NCBI GenBank assembly: GCA_036172245.1
Contig: JAYWIR010000001.1
Coordinates: 8,184,001 to 8,248,000 of the forward strand
Source of the DNA: Raillietiella orientalis
Lineage: Eukaryota
DNA length: 64,000 nt
Direction of reading: 5' to 3'
Of this stretch, positions 35,001-49,544 are shown one piece after another (the stretch's first letter is position 1; each line of letters starts with the position of its first letter). The position numbers and the translations under genes were made by a program. The notes beneath the pieces are model-generated. The model had not been told where the DNA came from, did no database searches, and saw nothing but the letters and a program-made list of their open reading frames with translations.

Positions 35001-38000
35001 TTGGGATTTTCACTCACATTTAGGGTGCTTACAACTAAACTGCTTTGGTCCTCATGATTGCGGCTGCGAGTAGCAGTTGTGGAGGGAAAATATGAGACAG
35101 TTCTTTCCTCAGAAATGCTTTTCGTGCATGCAAGCTTGATTCACTTGACGACGATGTGGTCAGCTTTTCATGAGATGTGCAGCACTTTTGCCATAGTTGG
35201 TAGAGGATCCCACACATCAGTAGCTATCAAGAGCATCTCGATGTTGTTAAACTAGATGAGTCTTTGATGTCACTTTATTTAGTTTGTTCTCAATTATCAT
35301 GGGAATCCTTGGACCGTAATCTTTACATTATTTGCGTAGCAGTCTGAATATATCTACAAATTGCACTAAATCGTTTTTCGTCATGGCAGAGAATTTTTCG
35401 ATTGTTTTATGCTTAGTTCTTTTATGTTTGGTTTTCTCGAAAATATCTTTTTCGTAACATTTCCCGTTCAAGTTATGCGAAACATACGTGCTGATTGCAT
35501 TGAAGTTGTATGATTGGGCAATTTGTACAAAATTGGCATTCGTTGCTTTTCACTCATGTACTATGGTTATCTTTTATTCATGCACCAATCGAAACTTCGT
35601 GTAAATTGCTAAGTATATTAAGAATGGAAGGTGGCCGAAATTCAAAACAACTGTGGGATTTGCCAAAGTTTCGTTTGTTTGCAGATGTTTTTCTTCATTC
35701 GTACGAGGAATTATTTTGCTTTCGTTGAAACTTCTCTTCGAGCTTTTCAAAGCTGTTTATAAGTTGCATTCCAGACTAGTGTATTTCACCTTTAAGTGGT
35801 CATTTGAAAGCATTAAAGTAAAGATTCAAAAAGCAAAAACAATCAACAGAAAAAATGAATTAGATAATTTTGATCAAAAGTATAGTATAAGGGAGGAGGA
35901 AATGTTTTCCTTATCCACTTTTTGAAAACTATTTTGTGGACTAATGTGGTCATTGTTCACAAAGCATTAGATATTCTCTTAACTCACAGCCACTTGAAAA
36001 TCGTGTTTTGCTTCCAGTATCTAGAAAACGGTACTAAAGAGTGGATCAAAGTTACAGAAACTCCAGAAAAAAATCACAAGATTTTTGAACATCTAAAAGA
36101 AAACCATCCTTACAAATTCAGGTTGTATGGTGAAAATGAAGTCGGATTTGGAGAGATGTCAAAAGAATCAGAATGGATCAGCACACTGTCAACTGGTAAG
36201 AATATGGAAAATATTGTGATTCTTTTCGACATTCATTTCAGAACCAGTATTCAAACCAGCGTTGACCATAAAGGGCACATCACCAAATTCAATTACAGTT
36301 GGTTGGAATTCACCACCACATCATCTTTTGCCATTTATGCATTACTACTTAATTCAAGCTTTTGGAAGAGAAATTACACTCGTGAAAGAACTTCCTATAC
36401 TCAGCCAAGATTACGTGTGGAGTAATTTGAAGCCAGCAGAGGATTATAATTTCATGGTATACAAGTCATTCTTTTATATTTCAGATTAATTCAGAAAATC
36501 CATTTAAGGATAAAGTAAATATAAATTACTTTTTATCATAACTTTCTTTATGAAATAGAATTTGTTCATTCCCATTCAGCTCAGCATATTTGCAACCAGC
36601 ATATGTAAGATTTCGAACCAACTTACCTATGAATAGTGCTTTGGATGCATAAGATCAGAACAAATTTTCCTTTGAAAGATTTTCGGTATTTCTCCAGTAT
36701 GTATTGAAAGTTCGAAAGATGTAATTCATTTTTCAAGATACTAAACATAACATTATGCTGCTTTTATATGTTTTCATATTGCTTATAGATCATGTATTTC
36801 TAAATATATGTGATCATGTATTACCTTTTACACTTTCATTGCTGACATCATGTTGCTTGGTTGCCTTGAATAGGAGATAAATCTTCCAATTGGTGACACA
36901 TCTGGACTTCTCTGCTTATTATTTGCATTCATATTAAATATTTCATATGCGATTAGGCAACCTCTCGAACCTAGATGGCTCAGTCAAAAATGTGATTCTT
37001 TGAATTTCTCTTACTATTACTGATTTACTTAACTCATCATTGTAAGTAATAATTCGAAACTTGGAGATGTCATTTAAAAATGCAGAGCTCAAATGATTAA
37101 AAGATTGCTTGATTGATTTATATAACATGCGTGTTTTTCGCTAATTTATTTTAAATAGTGTTCAGTGGCTGATCTCGTACTATGAAGCACTCTTATGTGT
37201 TTGTAGTGTTAATTGCAGTGAATACTATGAACATATTTTAATTTGATTACTGTTAGCATAAGTCTTAATCAGTGTAGTTCTTCAAGGTGTTTCATTGATA
37301 AGTGGCAATCAGAACTTTAATTTAGCATCAGATCTAAGTTTGTTGTTATTGTTACATAGTATCTTGTGCACCTTTAGGTAAAGCGAAGTTTTCTGCAACT
37401 TCAGGAAATATGAATTTAACCCAATTACAGTCTTTCCTTGCATATATATCTTGGTCTTCCATTTACTTAGTCCCTGATTTTTTGGAAAGCAATCTCTCTG
37501 ATATTATTTGAGTACTATTAAATATCAACTTTTCAATACCTTGTTGAGCAGTTTTTGCGATTCAAGGTTTTGAGGAGTTCTGGGAATGAGTTGCCTTTAT
37601 GACCATGTTTATCAGCCACACTCATTAAGTTTTTCCTGTGTTTTTTGAGCCCACAACACATCCATTCCCTGATGTGAAGGCATATTGTAAATGTATTCAT
37701 AACTCTGATTCATTGTATCTATCTTGATTGACTTCTGAAAATGGCAAAAATCGGAAATTGAAATTCATCAATTGTCTCCCTGAATAGTAGCAGAAAAAAT
37801 TTTTTTCATTCCGTGTTTGCCTTTGTCCAAAGATTTTTTCATCATGGCAACGAATTGCATGTTTTTTTGCCTTTGATTGTAGGTATGTGCATTATCAATT
37901 TGAATGTTGTAACAGTAGTTTGATCACGATCGTTATGTTTATTAATATTGTGATTTTTTGCAAGAATTTGGTAAACCTTTAAATATTACCCATTTATGTT

Positions 38001-41000
38001 GATTCAAGTAAATTTAAAATAAAAGAAATGGGTTAGAACCCGAGATCAATTATGTAGATGCGAAAATGAAACACGTATTCTAACAGTGTGTGTAAAACAA
38101 GCTAAATCTTTCTATTAAACATAAAGTGATAAATTTCCTATTTTGTAAGTTCATCAAATTTCCGGATGATGCTTGTCATGTTTTCAGTAAATATCTCGCA
38201 ATTCCAGATTCAAGCATGCAGTAATTATTCCCTGAAATGTGGTCCATTATCGGATACAATAATAGGAACTACAATGGATGGAGGTGAAGTATTGGCTATT
38301 TGCAAAGTGTTCAGACATTGTTCTAAGTGGTCCAAATTTGAATTTTTTCCATCTTTCTTTCAGAGTCTAGTGCACCAACATCTGTTCATGTTCATTGTCA
38401 GCTTGATAATTCCAGCTTGTCGAGCATTTTGTCTGTGACTTGGAAAAAGCCCATTCATCCTAGTGGGAAAATCGTATCTTACAGAGTAAGTGTGAAAGAT
38501 GATGAAACTGTTTCATGGTGATTTTTTATGAGGACTTAATACAAAAATTGTTTCCTACTGTTTCTTCCATTCAACTTTGTTGTACTAGATATCTTTTATG
38601 CGCTTTTGTTGATTTTAGTGAACTGTTTATTCCAGAAAATCTGAAGTATGCTTTTGTCGTTATTCGTAATCGTTTTTTTACTCATTATGTGTATATATAT
38701 GAGTAAACTTTTGTATATGTCAGTTACTGCATTTGTGTTTTGGTAGAAAGAAGCAGTAGTAGCATATTTATTTTGATTTTGCCAAAATTAAATTACCTGC
38801 AAATTAAATTTTGGAAAAATTTATTTTGCAGGTACACAATGATGCACAAATCCTTTCGGAATATTGGAAAAAATTCCTTGCAAAAGAAACACTTGCATGC
38901 AATTGATCAAGATTGATTGATACGAAATTGTTGCCTGTAGGAGCTCTATTTTGTTACCATATGGCTTGATTAACCATACCTAAATGTGCAATTGTGCTGG
39001 TCAATTGCTACCGCCTTTTATATCGTTTTGTTTCAATTTATTGATCTCTAAGTGAAGATAAGTGATATTTTCCCATTACATCACTTGGATGCCATTCTCA
39101 TTGCTTTATCGAGGATCCACATGACACTCAGTTGCTGAACTACCTCCGGCCTATACCTATCCATACTTACCTGGATGCTATTCTCATTGTGAAACTAGCT
39201 GACCTTCTTCCCATCTTGGAAGTCAGTTCATGTCTTGGGTTATTACTTACCAGGCGTTTTAATATCTTACATACAGTCCTTCACTGTTTATAGTGTTAAG
39301 ATTACCCAGGCTCCCTTATAATTAATTTTTTGATCAGCAGCTTTTATCATGGTAACGAATTAAGATTTTGAAACTACCTACAGTAGTTGTATATTGATTC
39401 CATTCTTTGTGATAGATGCTTGTTTCTGAAGCTTGATCACCCAAATTTTCAAAATTTTTATGTTGTCAGATTGCAACTGGTCAAAAAACACAATAGACAA
39501 CCATCCAATCACTCACTCATAGCATTGCTGTCTACGTAATTATCTCCTTGTTGCATATCATCCACTTTGTCCATTCGTGAATCATGAGCAAGAGTGAAAG
39601 CCAACTTAGTGCTCGGATATTCGAAGCAGAATCCAGTAATTTAGACAAACCAGGATTCCTGTTCAGCCATTGCTCAAATTCCGACGACTTAATCGCGGAT
39701 TGTTTTCCATTCATCCAAATTCAACATTTTCAGTGATTTTTACCGTCCTCGTCCAATCGGAATTGCAATTGAAAAATAGTGCTAATTTGTCAAGTTCTTA
39801 CGAATAGAATCATACAATGTCCCGTGTTTTCACGATGCTCCTTATAATTTATGGAACCAAACATTTCTGTCAGTAGTAATCAGAATCCATACACTCTTCT
39901 TGCTTATTTTCTTAACATCACGCAGTTAGCGTACTCCCTTCATGTTGTTCATTATTTCATTAAAAAAAATGACCCTGATGGGCTGCATGTACTCATTATT
40001 GGCCTCTGCATCTGCATTTTCCATTTCTTCCTACCCTATTATCACACTATGCTTCTCCCACTTTCTGTGAGCCTTTCTCTCATAACCAATCGATTTACGT
40101 ATGACGATAGAAACATTATTAAACACTAATAAGACCAATTTATAAAAAAATGTGCCCATCTACTTCAGTAAAGCCTTCATTCCATTACTTCTACTCGTGC
40201 TTTTTATTCATGTACCAGGTCTTGTTTTATGTTCTCATCTGCAGTTGTCTGTTTCACCACCTTTCACTTCCTTTTCTGTTACCCTTTTCAATATTAACCA
40301 TAAATAAAATCCATAGCAAACACTTCCTACCTTATCTTTCAAGTTTTTGTTACCATATATTTATACTATTTAGTATGCTTTAGTATTCATACTGTGAGAA
40401 GCTCTAACTGATTTTGGAATCTTTTTAGGTAGCACCATTTATGGTGCTAACCGAAAAGATATCTAAAAGCTGTAAGTGTAGCCAAGTAATTTCCTAGTTG
40501 TAAATTATAATTTAGATTTCCACCAGTCTAATTTGTGACTTCACTTAATACAGTTTTGAATGTGTACTCTTATTATATTGAAATGGGATGTTTTTTCAAG
40601 ATTAATGTGAATTCATCGAGTTCGTTTTTAAATGAACGTGGATTTATGGAAAAAGTGGAATGGCCCTTATCTCTAGAAGTTGATGGTGAAGCATATGAAT
40701 ATCATATGAAAGTTAAACCCCATTCCAATTATACTGTAGAGGTAATTAAGCATTATCAAATTTATTGAAATTGTGTCTGTGTGCAAGATGCAAATTGTTC
40801 TCGTGTGTTTAAGGTTTGTGCTATAACACGTATTGAAGAATGTGGTAACCGAAGCCAGGTTACAGAAAATTCCAAATGTGTAATGCCAGCAACAGTACCC
40901 AGTAATTTGCCAATCATATTTTGGGAGAAAACGAACCTGAATTCTAGAAAAGTTTTCAAACTAACTCTTCCCCGTATTACAGAACAAAATGGTCCAATAT

Positions 41001-44000
41001 GTTGTTTCAGGTATTTGAGCTTACAAATTTTCTTAATCTCGAACTTGCAAGTCCAGAATTGCAAATGATCAAATCTCGTAGACTTTGAATCTTGTACACT
41101 TTCAAAATCCAAAATATGTAAACAATCAATTGTTTAATTTAATAATCTAAAATTGTAAATCGTTAAAAGTATGGGTTATGCATCAAATAATTATGAAACT
41201 AAATACACCCAATAGGCATTTTGTTTTCAACATTTGCCAGATCGTTCATGTTAAACAGGATGGCATAGTATCTTCAGTATCTTGTCAGGTGGGGGATTAG
41301 GTTGAACTTTGAACTCTATTCTGAGATTTCAAGAACTAATCCATAAACCAGCTAGTAATCAGTGAACTCGAAAAGCCAATTCTACTGCAGGAACATGAAC
41401 TCTGGTTTTTTGGGTTATCATCTGATGACTCGAAAACTCCTTTTATCAATATAAAATATTGTAATTGGTATTTTATTGTAAAAACACAAACACCTTTCAT
41501 TGTGATGAGTACCTCTTTGGTGCTCGTATAAGAATACTACCATTAGCACAGAGACAAGCAATGACATTGTTGGGGTGAACCTCTTTTGGAAGCAAAATTA
41601 CTCTTTCGATGTTTATTTTGATGGAGTTTTTTCCTTTCGATTCTTCGTGGTTACCTTTGATGAGAAGGATTCGATCTTCTATAGTTAGGGAAAATTCTTC
41701 TACTTTGAAACCTTTAAAATCTTTGACACAAACCTAAATAGTGCAAAGATTCTTTTAGAAATTATTAGTTTGCCACAAGTTTCACATACCTTCCAGGTGA
41801 ACTCATCAGATATATCTTTAAGTTGCAACAATGATTTTTCTTCTTTTTCCGAGTTGGACTGTTGCCTTATGTCTAGCATCTGGCATTCATCAGACATTTG
41901 TTTAAACGAATGATGCCTGCTTCTGTTGGCACCTCTATTGTGGTTAGAGGAACCATGTGTATTTGAATGGTAATGAGGCTCGTATCGACCTGTACAGAAT
42001 AAACAGGCATCATTGAATCAGTTCTGCATTCTTAATTCTCTTCTGAGGCAGGCACAAGGGTAACATTGAGGTTTTTATCAGAGAAGCTAGGTGAAGTGAA
42101 GAATTTTCTTATCATTGTTGCTGGCATTCAATCACAATGTTGAGGTTACCGAGTAATTAAAGAATTTTCTGTAAATGCAGGATGTTTGTCTATAAGTGCT
42201 GATTTTCGAATTCCAAAGCACATTGTGAGTCAAGCTTAACAGAACAGTATGTATAGATGATCTGACCATGAATTAGAAAGTGAAGCTTTCTTTTTTACAG
42301 TAGGTATCGAATTCAAAATTCGTTAATACTTTGTGACACAAATCATACTGATGCTTTAGATGATTCGTATTCCTCAAGTTAATCTAAAGCCAAACTAATT
42401 TTCAGATGTGATACTGATTTGATGTGCTAAGGATGCAAGCTTATAATCTAGAATCTCAATACATTGAAAATTACAAAGTCTAATTAATTATTTCCCTCCC
42501 CCTATGTGTCTATCCTCCATCTCCAAATAATTCTAATGGCCACAGGTCTTGTCTATACTTAAAACCTAGAGCAATAAACATGCACATTTTCAAAGGTTCA
42601 TATCGGAATCTGCCATTCTATTTGTTTGAATGAGCTCGAATTAAACTTAGGAATACCTTTTGAACTGTGGTGATGTAAATTGGTTGAAGAAGTCCCATGG
42701 TCAGCCTCAGTACCATATGAATCCAGGCAATTAAACATTTTAATTCCTGGTCAGAGAAAAAAGATTTGTGATGATTAAAGCAGAATTAATAAATTGAACA
42801 AGAATTTTGATGAGCACAGAATAACAGTGAAGCCGAACAATAGTAGCTTGCAAAAAAATGGTTGCTAAGATCTGTGTTATTGGAGATTTGATGATGATTT
42901 GTACTTTCAGTTTTATGAAATGGTTGCTAGGATCTGTAGTATTGTACTTCTGATCTTCATTCCAAACACATGGGTAATTACGTAACACAATTAGCATTGC
43001 TTATCCACTGGTTTAATAATAATGCATATTTGATTTACAAGTACTTTAAGATTATTTATTTGTGAGTTTTAGTACGGTATCAGAAAGACAAATACCTTCC
43101 TTGATTGGATTTGAGAAACTGTTCTGAGTTATTGTGGGCATCAGAGTTGTGGAAATTAAACATCTTTTGTAGCATTGCTAAAGTGTGAAAACTCTGAATG
43201 TGGTGATATAAGTAAAAGATTTCAGTTGACGTGAGTTGTACGCCATACTTCTGGGTTTTTATTGGAAATTAATAGTTAACCTGTGTGAATAGAACTTGAG
43301 CTGACTGTAGATATGTTTCAGTGAATGCGACTAGTATTGTGGTGCGTGATCCTGTGACTTGAATGCAAACTGCATATGCATGTGTGAAGGAATTAGTAGC
43401 AAATAAACGCCTGTGTACTGTTTCTGCTTAATTCAGTGTCACCCTTATGTTGTTGATGTGCATATCAAATAATAAATAATATTTCGATTTTTAGGGATCA
43501 CTTATGAGAAAAGATATTGAATATCATGATTCTTTTCAGAGTATTTGTGGTTAGATTACATCATCATCACTCAGTTCAAGATCTTCCAGCCCCATCTATT
43601 ATTGCAGTCTCATCATACCATAAAATTCATCATCAGAAACTCTTTGATATTTCGTATTTGGCAGAAGTATTTTCTAGGTAACATGATTTTGGCATTAAAG
43701 ATTCAATTGCTATCAGTTTGCATACTGCTTGCCTATTTGGTGATCGAATTTCACTGTTAAACAAATAATTTGTATTTGGAATTTTGAAAACTTTTAAGCA
43801 TGATTGCATTGAATGTGATTGAGTAATGTATGGAAGTGTGATGTGCAACAGTTGGCTCTAGGTTAGTGCATTTTTTTTTTCCATCACTGTAACAAAGATT
43901 TATAATTTGCATTTGAAATCAGTATTTTTTAAAAAAATAAGATACTGTCCAGCTTGAGTTATAGGAACCGTAGTTCCATATTCATGTGTGTTTTGATCAA

Positions 44001-47000
44001 ACTTTGCATAGTTTATATGATTTCCTTCCACTTTCTATTTATTTAGCCTTTTATTGTTTTTTTTTGTTTCTTGTTTTTTCAAATGCATGTGCAAAACAAG
44101 ATGCTAGCAGTGCTAGCGGTTAGAATGTAGTGGTCTCTTGGTGGTTTTTCAGTGTACTGTAGACTCACTGCAAAATCATAATATACACTTTCGTTTTCGT
44201 ATTTGTTCTAATATCTGTTTGGTTTTAGACGATCACATTGTAAACTTGAGTATTTTATTTACACCCAGCGTTCGTACAAAAATAATTAAATTATGAAAAA
44301 TGATAATGGTTATTCATTATTTAAGATTTATATTTATAAGCGCCTTGATTGTTTTTTGTACTTTTACAAGTATGCTTGACATTCACTGACAAAATTTGAA
44401 CTCTCCAGGGAGTTGTTCCAGAAAGAAATTATCATCGGCGATGAGATTCAAGTTGCTGAACTTCCACAATGTGAAATTTGTTTTAACAATTCGCTGCCAT
44501 TGAAAAAGATAAAATCTTCTGTTCGACATCAAAGAAGTTCTATTACAGACAATGAATACAGTGCTGTTGATGGTGTACTGGATGATGAATCCAACTATAC
44601 TGGCTACTTAGAAGTTATTGGTAAAAAAAAGCAAAAAAAAAATAACTACTGTTTTCATATGTAATGAGACCACATCTTCTAAAATTTGCTTTTTTTTGTT
44701 ATTTGTGATCATTCATTTACCAGAAAGTAAATGTTTGTTTTTACGTTTTAGTTCAAGGTCCAGGAGGACAACCCTTCAGTTTACGGAGTTCATATTTTAT
44801 GACAATGGAATCCATAATCCAAATGGATGCCACTTCAAACTATTACAAAGATTTGACATTAACACTAGGCATTCTTGTTGGCTTACTTGTCATTGGTTCA
44901 ACATTTGTTTTATTTTTAATGCTTAAGAAGTCTAAGCAACTAACTGAGGAACATGGAGTGGCAATGAAATGCAACAGCTCTTTATGGTACTGCTTTGTTG
45001 TGAAGAAAACTTTTGCGTGAATTAGAATTCAAGTGACAATTTAAGTAAAATCCAAGTAGTAAAAACTGGTTCTTAAGAACTGTTAAATCATTTTTTACTA
45101 TCACTGCTTCATGTATCAGGAATTCGATTAATGAAAGCAAAGTTTGATGTTTTTATGCTTAAGCATCATTTGGATGTTTAATTGTTGGAAAGCATTTGTT
45201 CAGATGAATGTTTTAGCAATTTGATCACAATTTTGAATGCTCCTGAATCTTAATATCTTGATTGCTAGAATGTAGTCTTTATCATTCTCATTATACTATT
45301 GCATTTTAATATTTGATGTATCACTTGCAATCTGTTATTCATTTTATCACAACAGGTATTGCTGGCAGAATTTAAGAGGCAAACATCTTGGATACTTAAT
45401 CTCTCAAGAAATTGTTCAAGTTGCTCCTGTATCCAAAAAAGATTTAGTGGCTGTATTCCTCAAACTACGCAAGGATTCTGATTTTGGCTTTCAAAATGAA
45501 TTTGAGGTAATCATTGGTTGTTATCTCTCTCATGAAAGCAGAATTCTTATTAACAGCAACTGTCGGATATACTATATACAGCCACTACTAAAGCTTGTGA
45601 TAAACTGGAAAACAGTGCTAAGAATCGTTATCCAGATATAAAAGTTTTTGATCATACAAGAGTTGTTCTATCATTAGTTGATGGAGACCCAAACTCTGAT
45701 TATATAAATGCTAATTTTGTTGCTGGTTATAAGGGAGAAAAAATTTTTATATGCGCTCAAGGTAAAAAATTTTGTGTGATGTATTTATATTTGCATGAAG
45801 TATTTGAAGTATTTGTATGCTCTGAATGCATTATGTGAATTGATGCATGTGTACAGGAATCACATAAGAAACCGTGAAATTAATTGCAGGTCCACTTGAT
45901 AAAACAGTTCAGGATTTCTGGAGAATGATTTGGGAGCAAAGAGTGCATACTATAGTCATGCTAACAAATTTAGAAGAGCATGGCAAAATGAAATGTGCCC
46001 ATTATTGGCCATCAGAAGGTTGCTTAAACTTTGATGACATTCAGGTTACCTATGTTTCAGAAAAACCATTTTCAGGTAATTTATACACGTGTGAACAGCT
46101 TTATAATGTATCAGAAATTTAATTATACGAAGAGTCAATAAAACAAATAGTTTTAATTCCAATTCAGATTTAAATCCATTGTGATTTTCTTTGGTGGATT
46201 CAGAATCATTAAGATTTTGACTTGTGGTTTGATATGCTTTCTCTCCCTCTCTCTAGATTTCATAGTGAGGCATTTGAAAGTTGAAAAAGAAAACTTCCAA
46301 AGGCATATTAAACATTATCATTATATTTCTTGGAAAGATTTTTTGGCACCAGAACATCCATTTGGCATACTAAAATTCCTTAAAAGAATTAACGATGATT
46401 ATACTCCTGACCTTGGTCCTATTCTAGTCCATTGTAGGTAAGTATTTTACACTTTTCTTATGGTGAATTTTGATATCTTGTAACACCATCTTAAGAAATA
46501 AATATTGTTAATGGATAGACATTGCTAAATGGAAATCTTAATTGATTAAATTCAGTGCAGGTGTTGGCAGAACAGGAACTTTTGTGGCTATAGACTCACT
46601 AATGCAACAGTTACAAAATGAAAATAGTATCAATGTTTTCCAAACCATTTGTGAAATGAGAAAACAAAGAAACTACCTTGTTCAGTCACTGGTAAGAATT
46701 TTCTGCTGTTAACTGATATGATTCCGTTAGTTTCCAATCTTGTTTTAGTGAATACTGTTTGTTTTTTAGAAACAATATATTTTCGTATATCGCGCTTTAC
46801 TTGAGCTCGCCCAATTTGGATATACAGAAATGCAACTACAAAATTTTCTTGAAACTTTTCAATCATTAGAAAATTTAAATTCATCAGGGAAGAGTTTTTT
46901 GGAAGAAGAGTTTGAGGTATATTGAATGATGCATACTTGTATCTACTTTAAAATGTCTTCTAACTTAGAATCTCAGTAAAGTTATTGAAGACCGGAAGTC

Positions 47001-48960
47001 AATTAGCATTGGGACGAGCGAGTTGAATTCGGTAAAAAATCGCCACGACTTTGCCATTCCATATGACACTAACTGTGTGCTTCTGACTCCGTTGCCATCC
47101 TGTTTAGAAGCAACATACATCAACGCTTCTCATATACAGGTTCTTGATTTTTTTTTTAAAAAAAAAAAAAATTAGGTAATTTGCAAATGAAACATTAACT
47201 ATGAAGCCTGGCTTTAGGACTTGTAGGAGTGTAGTTTTTAATATGGTTTGTTTATTAGCTACATCCAGTGAATTGTTTCATTTTATAGGGTTATGATCAT
47301 TCAGTTAAATATATTGTGGCACAAGATCCACTGGATTCAACCATTTTTGATTTTTGGCGAATGATTTTCGATCACAACATTGGAATAATGGTAATGTTGT
47401 CCGAAGACGGGAAAGAAAAATGTAAATGTCCCCAATATTGGCCAGATCAAGCTGAAAAGCAGTATGACTCATTGAGTATAATACTGGAAAGTTTGGTGAC
47501 AATGCCAAATTACATTAGGAGAGAATTCTCTGTGACAAACACAAAGGTATGAAGTTTCATACCATTACAGAAGTAAAACGAAAAATGTTATGTTTACTTT
47601 AAAAAATGATCAATGATTTCTCTTTCACCTCATCTCACTGCATAGATGTCATTTCATTGCATCTGTTTTGAGTGTTTATGAATTCTTGTAACTCTGAATG
47701 TTGAAACTGTGCATCAGTCTAATTAAAAGGCTAATACATGATTTTCAATATATATTTAAAAAAAGAAAATAGTCTAAAAACATGTTAATATCGAACAAAT
47801 AAAAGTACTTTTCCATTTGTATTTCTCCCCAAATGTAGAAATGAAGTTGTGTGATGTTTGCAAAATAGGATGTCAACTCTGACAAAGATGCGAAGAGTGT
47901 AACCACAGAAATGCAAATATTTTTTTTATGATTGAATTTTCGTGTTTCCTGTTATGTTTTTATTACTGTCATGTGGTTGAAATATTCTGTATCTTACAAC
48001 TTATCTTTGTAACCAAATTTGAGATAAATTCTCAATAGGACTTTACACATAGTGCCTGCTGATCCTAGATGTTAGGATTGTTGTTTTCTAATAATATTGA
48101 TTTTGTCTGTCCTGTTCATCACATATTTGTTGTGATTGTAAAAATTGTGTGAAATGTATTGCATTGATAGGCCAATATTCTGTTCATACGTGCCTGTTTC
48201 AATATCTACAAATATTGATGATTAACTGAGTATCTTTTTCCTATCAAGTATGATAGATACAGTCTGTGTTCACAATCAAGCAAAATCTTGATATAATGCA
48301 CAAGTAATAATGAAAGCATAATGGCACAGCACAGCAAATCAAATGACTTTTGTGTTCCTTTGTAGTACAGTTACAGAGTTAAGAAAAGATAAATCATCAA
48401 AACTGCTTAAACCAATTATTTTGAAACCTTGTTACCATCTGTTCTCTGTTTTTAACTCCTGGCTTATTTTTATTTCCTAGATGAAAGAAACAAATAAAGT
48501 GATTCAGTTTCAATATTTGGGATGGTATGGAGATTTTGATCAGGTTCCATCTTCAACCAAAACAGTCTTAGAATTGATAAAACAGCTACAACAGCATCAA
48601 GAGAAATTGGGTGCTGGAACAGTATTAGTACACTGCAGGTATGAAGATTAGAATATTCCTTTGTTACAGCAAATTCCTTGTTTTTTAAAAACAAATTAGT
48701 GCTGGAGCTCGGAGTTCATTATTTTTAAGCATCAGCATTCTTCTACAGCAACTAAAAAATGAAGATACAATAGATATTTTCCAAACTGTTCGGAATTTGA
48801 GGTCACAGCGTTTATTTATGATGCAGTCTTTTGTAAGTCATTAAAATTTAAAACGTCATGTACATAATTTTTTGAACTGTTTTTTCTTTTCTTTTTTTTA
48901 CAGAACCAGTACAGGTTTTGTTACCAAGCTATTGCTGATTATTTGAAGGAGTCAGCATAA
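29089..48960 (+). CDS. Ptp69D: Receptor-type protein tyrosine phosphatase, Ptp69D/CLR-1 type (signal peptide, 2 Ig, 3 FN3, membrane-proximal region, TM, PTP D1 + D2); 25 coding exons
   Basis: Hand-spliced, phase-consistent GT-AG exons: 29089-29143, 29301-29576, 30815-30941, 31665-31813, 34048-34157, 36018-36195, 36242-36456, 38208-38283, 38364-38485, 40601-40741, 40814-41010, 43540-43677, 44409-44620, 44752-44986, 45356-45506, 45557-45761, 45890-46075, 46257-46437, 46556-46691, 46770-46916, 46969-47139, 47289-47546, 48481-48638, 48700-48832, 48904-48960 (TAA). Motifs: signal peptide [18 protein letters not shown]; Ig motifs DNEGVYTC and DNGTYQC; FN3 motifs [10 protein letters not shown] and [52 protein letters not shown]1 [57 protein letters not shown]2 [34 protein letters not shown] and WKDF..PEHP are as I recall them from Drosophila PTP69D. 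The start codon is the least certain part. Confidence 0.92.
34500..35500 (-). mobile_element. Possible pogo/Tigger-like DNA transposon remnant inside a PTP intron
   Basis: GC-richer intronic block; the minus strand gives frameshifted IFPP..NCYSQPQ..DQS (cf. FxPxNxTSxLQPxDQG). Confidence 0.25.
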
Positions 48961-49538
48961 CCAGTTTGCAAATGGTGCTATTATATTACCAGATTTTAGT
49001 TGTCCTATTTTATTACCTTGCAGTTTATGGCATTGATTTAAAAAATGCTGACTTGAATATTGTTTTAGAAATATATTCAAAATTCATAATTTTTTTTAAT
49101 ATTTCTGGTATTATTTCTTCTGTGATAAAGGAAATAGGCATAATTGGAACTTAAAAAAAAAAATCTTGTAAAATGTCGAAGCCACTTTAGCCTGAATGCA
49201 GAAGCAACACTGGTAAATCAGTTTCTAATTGCTCTGAAACAAATTGCTCTGAAATGTTTTCCACATTGAAAGAACGGGCCTTTTCTAGGAGATATACTGT
49301 TTTTAAACAATCAAATGAAGTGTCTGCGAATTGGATTTTTTCTTCAAGAGGAGCATAACCAGCAGGCTGAACATTCAGAAGTCCAAGTCAAAACACAGTT
49401 TATTTTAAATAAGCATTATCAATGCAGCATAGTTAAAATGCTTAATAGTTAATGTATAGTTAAATCAATGCTTAATAGTTAAACGTTTGTATGCTTATCA
49501 AATCTGATTATGACTGACAATATCAGATTAGAATCCTT

Positions 49539-49544
49539 AATAAA
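49539..49544 (+). promoter_or_regulatory. Candidate polyadenylation signal of the PTP gene
   Basis: First canonical AATAAA I found after the stop at 48960, followed by a T-rich stretch near 49570-49595. Confidence 0.3.

Noticed and set aside
49428..49483. Short direct duplication AATGCTTAATAGTTA
   Set aside because: Two copies in an AT-rich 3' UTR; ordinary slippage.
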